In this document: piece after piece, positions 20,525 to 29,860 of the stretch | How the letters are laid out: each line of letters opens with the position of its first letter | Position numbering within the stretch: position 1 is the stretch's first letter | From: Treponema sp. | GTDB lineage: Bacteria; Spirochaetota; Spirochaetia; Treponematales; Treponemataceae | NCBI GenBank assembly: GCA_052169975.1 | Contig: JBQNBK010000001.1 | Location: forward strand, 1-49,868 | Direction of reading: 5' to 3' | Length of the DNA: 49,868 nucleotides | The notes under the pieces: generated by a model | What the model saw: the letters and a program-made list of their open reading frames with translations, nothing else | Database searches by the model: none | What the model was told of the DNA's origin: nothing | Made by a program: the position numbers and the translations under genes

Positions 20525-23059
20525 ATGAAATATGAGTTGTTACCTGTATATAGTCAAAAACAGAAGATATTAGATGCTCTTGAAGAAAATCGTGTTATTG
20601 TAGTGGAAAGCCCTACAGGTTCAGGAAAAACTACACAGATGCCTATTATCTTGCATGAGGCAGGATATAGTCAAAATGGTATGATTGGTGTTACACAACC
20701 TAGGCGTATAGCTGTTCTTTCTGTGAGTGAGTTTATTGCAAAACAATTAAATTGTGAACGCCCAGATGTTATTGGCTATAAGATGCGTTTTTCTGATGTT
20801 ACCGATGAGCGAACAAAAATCAAAATTATGACTGATGGCATATTGCTACAGGAACTCAAACTTGACCCATGGCTTAGTAAATATTCTGTAATTATGGTGG
20901 ACGAAGCACATGAAAGAAGCCTAAACATAGACTTTATACTTGGGCTTTTAAAGCGTATTGTTGCCGAGCGGAGCGATTTTAAAGTGATTATTTCTTCTGC
21001 AACAATAAACACAGAACTTTTTTCAACTTATTTTTTTTCGTGCCCCATAATTAAGATTGATTCAATAACTTATCCTGTTACTCTTATTTTTGACCCCCCA
21101 GTTATTCCAGCTTCCACAGAAACACAAGATGCAGAAAACAAGCTATATGAAAAAATTACTTCTATAGTTGGGCGTGTTGTTGAAGAAAAAAGACGTGGTG
21201 GTATATTAGTGTTTTTACCGGGAGAGCGAAGCATAAAAAATTGTATTGAAAGCCTTTCTAAAGAAAAATGGTATAAAAAACTCATGATTATTCCTCTTTA
21301 TGGTAGGCTTAGCAAAGAAGAACAAGATCGTGTTTTTTTGAGCCCACCTATGTGGAAGCGAAAGGTTGTAATTTCAACTAACATAGCAGAAACTTCAATT
21401 ACTATTAATGACATTAATACTGTAATAGATTCTGGGCTTGCAAAACTAAACTTTTATAATCCTTATTCTTACACTTCTAGCCTTGATGAAACATTTGTTT
21501 CAAAATCTTCTTGCAAGCAAAGAAAGGGTAGGGCAGGAAGAACTGAAGAAGGCACTTGTTATCGTCTTTATTCACGCAAAGATTTTGAAAGTAGACCACT
21601 ATATACAGTAGAAGAAATATATAGAACAGACCTTTCAGAAGTAGTTATGCGAATGAGTGAGCTTGGCATATATGATTTTGATGCTTTTGATTTTATTTCT
21701 CCAACAAGCAAAAAAGGCATAATAGGGGCAATTGAAACTCTTAATATGCTTAATGCTTTGGAAAAAGATCATTCACTTAGTAATATTGGGCAAATCATGT
21801 GTAAGTTTCCATTGCCTCCTCGCCAGTCAAGAATGATTGCAGAAGCAATTATAAACTATCCAAATGTTACAGAAGAAGTGATTATAGCAGCAGCTTTTCT
21901 TTCAGTGCGAAGTCCTTTTTCTATGCCAGAAGGTTATGAAATGGAGGCAAGAAAAGCACATCTTACTTTTAATGATAAGAATGGGGATTTTGTTTCTTTT
22001 CTTAAAGTTTATCGAATGTTTTTTTCTGCTCAAGAGAAAGAAGATTTTTGCAAAAAACATTATCTCGATTTTAAGATAATGGAAGAAATCATCAATATAA
22101 AAGAACAATTAGAGCTTATTGTTTCAGGCATGGGGGTTCCAATTCTTTCTGGAGGCAATGTTGATGACTATCTCACCTCCATTGCAAAAGGCATGATTCA
22201 AGCTGTTTGTTCACGTTATAAGCGTGGAGTGTATAGGAGCTTGACGACTGAAAAAATAGTAATTCATCCTAGTTCTTGCATGTATAGAGAAGAGCCTAAA
22301 TATATTGTTGCAGGTGAAATTGTAAGGACAACTAGAATGTATGCAATGTCTGTTTCTAGCCTTTCAGAAAAAGTGATTAAAAGAGTTGCTCCTCGCTTGC
22401 TTTCCTCTTTTTCAGGTCATAAAGAAAATAAACAAATTATTAGTGAGATTAAGACAAAAGAAGAAAACAAAAAAGACTTGGAAAAAGGAAAAGCAATAAA
22501 ACTATTTGGCAATGTTTATCCTATTAGGAAGATGAAAAGCAGAAAGGTAATAGTCTTTGATTGGAATACTTTAAGTTTAAGTATTAAAGGAAAATCATTT
22601 AAAGAGCTTGATTCAACAATTCATAAGAGCCTAAAACATAAGCAAAAAATAAGTGGAGTGCTTTATTTTGATAAACTAAAGGCGATGGAAGGTGAAAAAC
22701 TTAAAACAATACTTTACGTTGTAAGCTCTTTTAACATAGCTCCTATTTTTGATGTTACTCTTTCTAAAGCCTTAAACACAAGTTTTTCTTTGCCTAATGA
22801 TTTGCAATTTCTTTTTCAATTTTTTCCGTTTATTATGAAGTTGACATCAAATAAAAAGAAATCTAAGGAATTAAGTTTTCTTACATTATTCCATGAAAAA
22901 AAATCTAACTTTTCATTTAGATTGTCGCTTGGTTTTAACACTGCTTTGCACAAAACAATAACATCTCTTCAAATAATTATGGAATCTTTTAGCATTTCAT
23001 TAAACGAAAACGAAAAACAGAAGATTCAAGAACTTTATTCCTCATTATTAAAGTTATAA
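20525..23059 (+). CDS. hrpA: DEAH-box ATP-dependent RNA helicase HrpA
   Basis: GSGKTTQ, TQPRR, DEAH, SAT, STNIAETSITI, QRKGRAGR. Confidence 0.92.
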   Translation: MKYELLPVYSQKQKILDALEENRVIVVESPTGSGKTTQMPIILHEAGYSQNGMIGVTQPRRIAVLSVSEFIAKQLNCERPDVIGYKMRFSDVTDERTKIKIMTDGILLQELKLDPWLSKYSVIMVDEAHERSLNIDFILGLLKRIVAERSDFKVIISSATINTELFSTYFFSCPIIKIDSITYPVTLIFDPPVIPASTETQDAENKLYEKITSIVGRVVEEKRRGGILVFLPGERSIKNCIESLSKEKWYKKLMIIPLYGRLSKEEQDRVFLSPPMWKRKVVISTNIAETSITINDINTVIDSGLAKLNFYNPYSYTSSLDETFVSKSSCKQRKGRAGRTEEGTCYRLYSRKDFESRPLYTVEEIYRTDLSEVVMRMSELGIYDFDAFDFISPTSKKGIIGAIETLNMLNALEKDHSLSNIGQIMCKFPLPPRQSRMIAEAIINYPNVTEEVIIAAAFLSVRSPFSMPEGYEMEARKAHLTFNDKNGDFVSFLKVYRMFFSAQEKEDFCKKHYLDFKIMEEIINIKEQLELIVSGMGVPILSGGNVDDYLTSIAKGMIQAVCSRYKRGVYRSLTTEKIVIHPSSCMYREEPKYIVAGEIVRTTRMYAMSVSSLSEKVIKRVAPRLLSSFSGHKENKQIISEIKTKEENKKDLEKGKAIKLFGNVYPIRKMKSRKVIVFDWNTLSLSIKGKSFKELDSTIHKSLKHKQKISGVLYFDKLKAMEGEKLKTILYVVSSFNIAPIFDVTLSKALNTSFSLPNDLQFLFQFFPFIMKLTSNKKKSKELSFLTLFHEKKSNFSFRLSLGFNTALHKTITSLQIIMESFSISLNENEKQKIQELYSSLLKL

Positions 23060-23113
23060 ACTATTAAAACAATCTTTTTAATTTTTATAATTTTAAGTAT
23101 ATTATGTAGACTT

Positions 23114-24754
23114 ATGAGAAAGATTATTATTTTTTGCCTTTTTGTTGTTTTGTTTCTTCCAATTTATGCCCAAGATACACCTTTTTCTAGGCTTTTCTAT
23201 GGAAGAAACGAAAATATTTATGATGCTTTATATTTTCTTAGCATAACTAATGGTGAAGCTATGCTTTCAAACAAAACTCCTCAGTCACAGGGAGAATTGC
23301 AAAAAGCCATTAGTGGGTTTGATGTGGAAAATTTAGACGAAGCATCTCTTTCAACTTATTCATACATAGAAAATCGTTTTTATAGAAAACACCTTCTTGC
23401 TACTGACTATCTAAAATTTGACATTGACGCATTTTTTGCTTTGCAATTTAAGCTTTTGTACCAACCTAAATATACTCCATACATTGACCAATTTCTATCA
23501 TATAATAGCACTCCACCACCAATATTAATCCCTATTAATATTTTAATGTCAAACTATTGTTTTTTTTATACAGACTTAGTGATAGAAAAAAACTTTGCTG
23601 CAACAAGACTTTCTCATACTTATACAAATGTGCCCTTCTTTCAGCGAGACCTTGATTTTCATTTTCCTACTAGGGCAGGAATGTCTATTGGAGGAGCTTT
23701 TTTTAATATTTCTTTTGCACGTGGACCTTTTAATGTGGGACGATCCCTTTCTGGGAGCATGTTGATTTCTGACGTTAACGATAGGCTTGATTATTTTAAT
23801 GCAACCATTTTTACTAAAAACTTTAAGATGGATTTAAATATATTCCAACTTCAACATGCACGTTATGTTTTTATGCACGAACTTTCGTTTAGAATACTTA
23901 AAAAAGCTTCTATCACCTTGCACGAAGGTTTACTTGTAAATTCATATTTTGACCCACGTTACTTAAATCCATTTATGATTATGCACAACTATGCTCCTTG
24001 GTATGACCCATGGCAGAGAACAAGTAAAAACTCTAGTGATGAAGTGTATACTAGTTGCCAGTTAGGCATTACGTGCGACATTGTTCCAATAAAGAATTTA
24101 AGGCTTTATGGGCAATTTGGTATGAATCAATTTCAAACACCTTCAGAACTTAAAAGCGGAGCTTCTTATATTCCTAATGGAATGGGCGGGCTTTTGGGTG
24201 TTGAGTATGTGCATCCTATTTTTAATGGATATTTGGTTGCAACATTGGAAAGTAGTTATGCAGACCCTTGGTTATATATTGGGAAAAATAAGTGGGTAAG
24301 CTTTAATCATTATAGAAATGAAGTTGTTTCTTCTTTGAAGAATTATAAAGATTCTACTGTTAATATATGGCTTGCAAATCCTTATGGACCAGATACTATT
24401 ACACTTTTTGCACGTGTAGGCTTTAATAACTTAAACAAATGGAAGCTTGATTTTATTTATAGGTTTGTTTGTAAAGGGGAAAATGAAGCTTTCTATTTTG
24501 ATAAAAGCAAAGAGATTGCTCCAAATATTTATTACCCCTATTCGGATGAAGCAAATATTAAACACCCAGATTGGGCTAGATGGACTACACCTTCAGGAGT
24601 GCCAACATATTTTAATACTTTAAGGTTGCAAGGTTTTTACAACATAATTCAAAACTTATTTTTGCGTGGCGAAATTAACTGGACTATAGCAACTGGGAAA
24701 ATTGCAGGTCATGCTTTAGATGCTTCATTGAGTATTGAATATAACATAAGATAG
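23114..24754 (+). CDS. Putative outer-membrane beta-barrel protein (Wzi-like)
   Basis: Sec signal peptide (..PIYA|QD), aromatic-rich alternating strands, C-terminal LDASLSIEYNIR. Confidence 0.55.
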   Translation: MRKIIIFCLFVVLFLPIYAQDTPFSRLFYGRNENIYDALYFLSITNGEAMLSNKTPQSQGELQKAISGFDVENLDEASLSTYSYIENRFYRKHLLATDYLKFDIDAFFALQFKLLYQPKYTPYIDQFLSYNSTPPPILIPINILMSNYCFFYTDLVIEKNFAATRLSHTYTNVPFFQRDLDFHFPTRAGMSIGGAFFNISFARGPFNVGRSLSGSMLISDVNDRLDYFNATIFTKNFKMDLNIFQLQHARYVFMHELSFRILKKASITLHEGLLVNSYFDPRYLNPFMIMHNYAPWYDPWQRTSKNSSDEVYTSCQLGITCDIVPIKNLRLYGQFGMNQFQTPSELKSGASYIPNGMGGLLGVEYVHPIFNGYLVATLESSYADPWLYIGKNKWVSFNHYRNEVVSSLKNYKDSTVNIWLANPYGPDTITLFARVGFNNLNKWKLDFIYRFVCKGENEAFYFDKSKEIAPNIYYPYSDEANIKHPDWARWTTPSGVPTYFNTLRLQGFYNIIQNLFLRGEINWTIATGKIAGHALDASLSIEYNIR

Positions 24755-24789
24755 GCTTTCCAAAATTTATTAATTTAAGGAATTATTTT

Positions 24790-25416
24790 ATGAAAAGTGA
24801 TTTTATATTAAGTCCATCATTATTAAGTGCAGATTTTTGCAATTTAGAGAAGTCTATACGCCAAGTTGAAGAAAAAACGAATTGGCTACATCTTGATGTT
24901 ATGGACGGGCATTTTGTACCAAATTTAACATTTGGCTATCCATTAATAAAGAGTATTAGAAAAATTACCGATATGGTATTTGATGCACACTTAATGGTGG
25001 AAAATCCTAGTGATTTTGTCGAAGTGTTTGCAGAAGCTGGGGTTGATTTTTTTACTTTTCATGCAGAAGCTTGCATTCATGTTGATAGGTTGGTTAATGC
25101 AATACATGAATCTAATATGAAGGCAGGTATTTCAATAGTGCCAACTACTCCCTTGAGTGTGATAAGTGAGATTTTACCTATAGTGGATATGGTGTTGGTG
25201 ATGACAGTGAATCCCGGCTTTAGTGGGCAAAAGTTTATTCCTTATTGTGTTGAAAAAATAAGAAAATTAGCTGAAGCAAAAAAAGAAAAGGGTTATAGTT
25301 ATTATGTTTCTGTTGATGGTGGAATAAATAATAAAACCTTTCCTATAGTGCTAGAAGCTGGAGCTGATGTAGTGGTTTCTGGTTCTTCCTTTTTTTCAGG
25401 CGAACTTAATATATGA
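24790..25416 (+). CDS. rpe: Ribulose-phosphate 3-epimerase
   Basis: SPSLLSADF, HLDVMDGHFVPNLTFG, MTVNPGFSGQ, VDGGIN. Confidence 0.97.
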   Translation: MKSDFILSPSLLSADFCNLEKSIRQVEEKTNWLHLDVMDGHFVPNLTFGYPLIKSIRKITDMVFDAHLMVENPSDFVEVFAEAGVDFFTFHAEACIHVDRLVNAIHESNMKAGISIVPTTPLSVISEILPIVDMVLVMTVNPGFSGQKFIPYCVEKIRKLAEAKKEKGYSYYVSVDGGINNKTFPIVLEAGADVVVSGSSFFSGELNI

Positions 25417-26396
25417 AAAAGATTTCTTTATATCTTGTTTTGTTGTTTTTCTCCTTAAATGCTTATTCGGCAGATCATTTTGTTGCAGGGCTTGATGCCT
25501 ATGCTAGAAGTGACTGGTTAAAGGCAATTAATAGCTTTCAAGGTGCAATTAATAATGCGAAAACTGAGGGTGAAATAGAAACTTCATTGTATTATCTTAT
25601 CATGTCTTTAGCCTCTAGTGGAAATTATAAAAATGCTGTTAACTCTGCAAATATTTTTTTGTTACGATATCCTAAAAGTGATAAATATCCAGATGTTTTA
25701 TACCAGCGTGGAAGGCTTTATTGTCTTTTAGGCTTATTTGAAAAATCATTAAAAGAACTTTATTCATTTATATATCAATATCCCACACATAGATCTCTTT
25801 TGCAAGCATATTATTGGATTGGCGAAAGCTTATACCTTTCTGGAAGGTTGCAAGAAGCTAGAGATATATTTTCGAGAATCTTATTAAACTATCCTTCTTC
25901 TCCTAAAACAGAGCTTGTTAAACAACGTATTTCTTTAATTGACCAAGCTTCAAATCAAGAAGAGTTATTAACTTTGTTACGCCAAAACCAAGAGCAAACA
26001 ATGAACCTTGCAAAAGAATACGAAGCAAAGCAACGTGATTATGAAAAAGCAATAGCCGAGTATAAAGATAGCTTTGCGAGCAAAGTTGACGAATCACGAT
26101 TGCTTGAACTAGAAAAAATATTGCAAGAAGAAAGAGAAAAGAATGCAGAGCTTTATGAAAAACTATTGATATTAGAAGCAAAAAATAAAGAGTTGTTAGA
26201 AGCTTTGGTATTGTTAGAAAAGCCTGTGGAAGAGCCTATTGCGGAAGCTCCTGTAGAAGAAGAGGTTGTAGAGGAAGAAAAAGAAGAAGTGGACGAAGCT
26301 GCAGAAAAAAGAAGGCTTGTTTTGGAAATATTAAAGAGAAAGGCAAGGCAACTTGAAGGAATGTATGACGAAGTGTTAGAGGAAGATAAAAAATGA
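25413..26396 (+). CDS. Exported TPR protein (BamD/CpoB-like) with coiled-coil tail
   Basis: Signal peptide, YPKSDKYPDVLY and YYWIGES TPR motifs, acidic coiled coil. Confidence 0.7.
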   Translation: MKKISLYLVLLFFSLNAYSADHFVAGLDAYARSDWLKAINSFQGAINNAKTEGEIETSLYYLIMSLASSGNYKNAVNSANIFLLRYPKSDKYPDVLYQRGRLYCLLGLFEKSLKELYSFIYQYPTHRSLLQAYYWIGESLYLSGRLQEARDIFSRILLNYPSSPKTELVKQRISLIDQASNQEELLTLLRQNQEQTMNLAKEYEAKQRDYEKAIAEYKDSFASKVDESRLLELEKILQEEREKNAELYEKLLILEAKNKELLEALVLLEKPVEEPIAEAPVEEEVVEEEKEEVDEAAEKRRLVLEILKRKARQLEGMYDEVLEEDKK

Positions 26397-27451
26397 AAAA
26401 AGCTTTGTTTTTTTGTTTATATTTTTTAATTTTTCTCATAAGTGTTAGTGCAAATAATGTAATTGAGCTAAATGAAGGTAACTTAAAACTAAAAGCATTT
26501 GAAAGAACAGGTTCTTTTTGCCTTTATCAACTTTCCACAAACGGAAAGAATAATTATGTTCCTTTATATGACGATGTAGCTTATGGGCATACAAATAAGT
26601 TTAGTGTCTTCTTGGATGGTAAGATATATAAGCTAGAAAGAAAACTTGGTAGGCCTTTAAGTATAGAAAAAGTAAATAATACATGTTTAATTACTTTTAA
26701 TATAAAAGATAAGTTACACATTGTTCAGCGTCTTTCTTTTGTTCCTGATGAATATGGAAACACTGCTGGTCCTCTTTTAAAGATACAAACAACAATAGAA
26801 AATACTCAAAGTAAGGATTCAAATGTAGGCTTACGAGTCATTTTTGACACCTTATTAGGTGAACATAACAAAAAAGCTCCTCTTGCTACGGACTTACGCG
26901 ATGGCATCAGAGCAGAAACTTCATTTAATCCTAAAATGGACCGTGATTCTGTTATTATTTCTAGCAATTCAGAATCTGCTTGTATGTTCTTTTTTAAGCA
27001 TGGAGTGGATTCTCCACAGGGTGTTTACATAGCTAATTGGGAACGCCTTAACACAAGAAAGTGGATACCTAATATTGTTGATGGTAGGTCTTTTAATTCA
27101 AAATATTTGCATGATGATTCTGCGTGCCTTTTTGTATGGCCTACTAAAAAGTTAAAACCAACAGAAATTATGATTATTACTACCACTATTGGCTATCATG
27201 ATTTTATTCGTTCTAGCAAAGGATATAATATTCAAAGTGATCTTTCAGAAGATGAAGTGCTTCCAAAAAAGGTTGTTGAACCTACTGAAAATATGACAGA
27301 AGAACAAAAGAAAAACTATGATTATATTCAAGAACTTCTTAATAGGATTCATGAAGTGGAAGAAAACCCAGATGTTATTCCTGATGATGTTATAGAAGAG
27401 TTAACCGACCAAGCAGATAATGCAATTAAAGACATTGAGGGGCATAAATAA
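26393..27451 (+). CDS. Exported hypothetical protein
   Basis: Signal peptide; beta-rich; overlaps the upstream gene by 4 nt. Confidence 0.7.
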   Translation: MKKALFFCLYFLIFLISVSANNVIELNEGNLKLKAFERTGSFCLYQLSTNGKNNYVPLYDDVAYGHTNKFSVFLDGKIYKLERKLGRPLSIEKVNNTCLITFNIKDKLHIVQRLSFVPDEYGNTAGPLLKIQTTIENTQSKDSNVGLRVIFDTLLGEHNKKAPLATDLRDGIRAETSFNPKMDRDSVIISSNSESACMFFFKHGVDSPQGVYIANWERLNTRKWIPNIVDGRSFNSKYLHDDSACLFVWPTKKLKPTEIMIITTTIGYHDFIRSSKGYNIQSDLSEDEVLPKKVVEPTENMTEEQKKNYDYIQELLNRIHEVEENPDVIPDDVIEELTDQADNAIKDIEGHK

Positions 27452-27452
27452 A

Positions 27453-28550
27453 ATGGCTCTTTCGATTATTCTACAAGGTAGAAAGCTATTAGCTTATAAA
27501 AAATATAATGAAGTGATTAAACTCTTAGAACCTCACGTTTTGGAATATAGAGATTCATTTGCCTTCCATTTTTATATTGGGCTTGCATTTTTGAATTTAG
27601 GGGCAATGGGAAGTGCAAAAGATTATTTTTCCACTGCTAAAAAGCTAAAACCAAATGATCCTGACCTAATGGCGGCTACAGCTGCTATGTATTTAAGGCG
27701 GAATGACACACGAAAAGCTGTTGAATATTATTTGCGTATCTTGAGCATTCGTCCTTCTTATGCTCTTGCAAAAAAAGGTTTGAGTTGCATAAGAAAATAT
27801 GACACAGCAGAGTCTATGGGGGACTTCATCCGTACAGATAAAATTAAGAGCCTATACCCAATGCCACATATCCTTGAATTTTACAAAAACTATATCAAAA
27901 TGGGTGTTGCAAGCTTTGCATTTTTGCTTTTAGTTGTAGGCATTACTTTTTTTGTTCGCTCTTTGTTTAAGCCTGCAATGCGCGAAGATATAACAGCATT
28001 AAATCTTGATTCTGCCGAAAACAAAAAGTCCATTGATATGGAAGGTGTATATAAGGAAGTCTTAACTCATGCCGAAGTCCTTAAATACTTTTCGCAAGCA
28101 CAAAACTACTTTCAAACTTTCCACGATAATTTAGCACAAGTTGAAATTAATAGAATATTAAATTCCAATGCAACCTTTTCAATAAAACAAAAAGCCACTG
28201 GGCTTGAAGCTTTACTAAAAGAGCCAAGAATTGACACAATAAAAGATGTTTTTTCTTTAACAGAAGTTGAACTAAAGCCATATCTATATAATAAGTGTTA
28301 TGTTTTATGGCGAGGTATGCCAACTAATGTTCAAAAGGCTGAAAAAAGTTTAAGTTTTAAGCTTTTAGTGGGGTATGATACAAAACAAACATTGGAAGGC
28401 ACCATAAGTGTTTTGTGTGATTTTGTTAATTATGTGGATGTGGATAAGGTGATTAGTGTGTTGGGTCAGTTGCAGGTTTCAGAAAGTGGTGAAATGTACT
28501 TGAAAGGAATCACTATTCACCAAACAGGCAAACCTCTTGAACTTGATTAA
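27453..28550 (+). CDS. TPR protein with one TM segment and a C-terminal OB-fold-like region
   Basis: N-terminal TPR helices, TM (GVASFAFLLLVVGITFFV); ATG 27453 follows the upstream stop. Confidence 0.7.
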   Translation: MALSIILQGRKLLAYKKYNEVIKLLEPHVLEYRDSFAFHFYIGLAFLNLGAMGSAKDYFSTAKKLKPNDPDLMAATAAMYLRRNDTRKAVEYYLRILSIRPSYALAKKGLSCIRKYDTAESMGDFIRTDKIKSLYPMPHILEFYKNYIKMGVASFAFLLLVVGITFFVRSLFKPAMREDITALNLDSAENKKSIDMEGVYKEVLTHAEVLKYFSQAQNYFQTFHDNLAQVEINRILNSNATFSIKQKATGLEALLKEPRIDTIKDVFSLTEVELKPYLYNKCYVLWRGMPTNVQKAEKSLSFKLLVGYDTKQTLEGTISVLCDFVNYVDVDKVISVLGQLQVSESGEMYLKGITIHQTGKPLELD

Positions 28551-28565
28551 TATTTTTCTAGCATT

Positions 28566-29186
28566 ATGTGTTTTTTAGACGTACAAAACATTACAAAAAA
28601 CTGGCAAACAAAAACAATTTCAGTTTCATTTTCTCTTGCAGAAGGCTCTTCTTTAGCCTTGTTAGGCGATTCTGGTTCTGGAAAAACTACTATATTAAAA
28701 ATGATTGCAGGGCTTGTCAAAATAGATAGTGGTGCCCTGCTTCTTAATGGTAAAGATATAACCAACACTCCTTGTGGCAAACGAGATGTTGGAATGGTTT
28801 TTCAAGACTACGCATTGTTTCCGCATTTTACTGTGGAAGATAACGTGGCTTATGGGCTTTTTTGTAATGGTATGAGCAAAAAATATGCAAGAGAAGAAGT
28901 TGCTAAATGGATTAAACTTTTTGAACTTGAGCGAATAAAAAAGCTATATCCAAATGAGATTTCAGGAGGCGAGAAACAACGAGTTTCTCTTGCAAGAAGT
29001 CTAGCAATTGGCAATCACCTTATTTTATTTGATGAACCCCTTTCTGCCCTCGATTCTAAACTTAGAAAAAAGCTACAATCAGAATTAAAAGAACACCAAA
29101 AATCTTTAGGCTACACTGCTATATACGTAACTCATGATGAAAGTGAAGCAGAGGTGTTAGCCGAAAAAATCATCTATATGAATTAA
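28566..29186 (+). CDS. ABC transporter ATP-binding protein (PotA/CysA/FbpC-like, short)
   Basis: GDSGSGKT, VFQDYALFPH, ISGGEKQR, FDEP, VTHD. Confidence 0.93.
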   Translation: MCFLDVQNITKNWQTKTISVSFSLAEGSSLALLGDSGSGKTTILKMIAGLVKIDSGALLLNGKDITNTPCGKRDVGMVFQDYALFPHFTVEDNVAYGLFCNGMSKKYAREEVAKWIKLFELERIKKLYPNEISGGEKQRVSLARSLAIGNHLILFDEPLSALDSKLRKKLQSELKEHQKSLGYTAIYVTHDESEAEVLAEKIIYMN

Positions 29187-29339
29187 AAGACATTTCTCTT
29201 TTCTTTTGTTTGCATGGCAGTGTTGCTACTTTTTTAGTTTTATAAACTAAGCTTGCTTTAACGAAAAGAAAAAACAACAAATACACACACCAACTCACTA
29301 ACAATTTTCAAATCAAAAATCATTAAAGCATTGCTATGC

Positions 29340-29544
29340 AAAACAGTGCAGTTTTCGATATCGATTATATGCAAGTTTGCATGCCGTTAACGACCGTTCT
29401 CGCATAGTAAAAACGGTCGTTAATGATAGGCGAGAACGTACGTTAACGAGACCATACTCTAGCTAGAGTTTAGATGACTTCTAGCTAGAGTTTGTGCAAA
29501 GTCTAGCTAGACTATTTTTCAACTCTAGCTAGAGTTGAAAAATA
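29340..29544 (+). repeat. Dispersed ~205-bp element, copy 1: phased palindrome array
   Basis: AACGNNCGTT at 29389/29412/29435 and TCTAGCTAGA at 29458/29480/29502/29524; homologous to the reverse complement of 45364-45568. Confidence 0.9.
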
Positions 29545-29860
29545 TAGGAGGCATCTATGTCGTCATTACACAAAAATAATGATTTTTAATTAAAAATCAC
29601 CTAGCCCTAAACGTACTCTAATAAAATTCCACTTTGAATATTTTTGTTTACAAAAACATTTGTTACGGAATATCCTATAGGCATATTCTGAATATGCCAC
29701 CTCTATTTTGCAAGAAGTTTAAATAGAGTACTCACAAGATCAATAGAATAATTTTCTTTTAACCTTGTTTTTTAAATATTCTTGTTGTATCTTGTATACT
29801 TTAAAATAGTTGTAATGTATATAGTGGATTTAATAACTTATTTTATAGGAGAAAGACTAC

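Noticed and set aside
29389..29533. CRISPR array interpretation of the periodic repeats
   Set aside because: Repeats are 10 bp with 12-13-bp linkers, far below CRISPR dimensions; no cas genes
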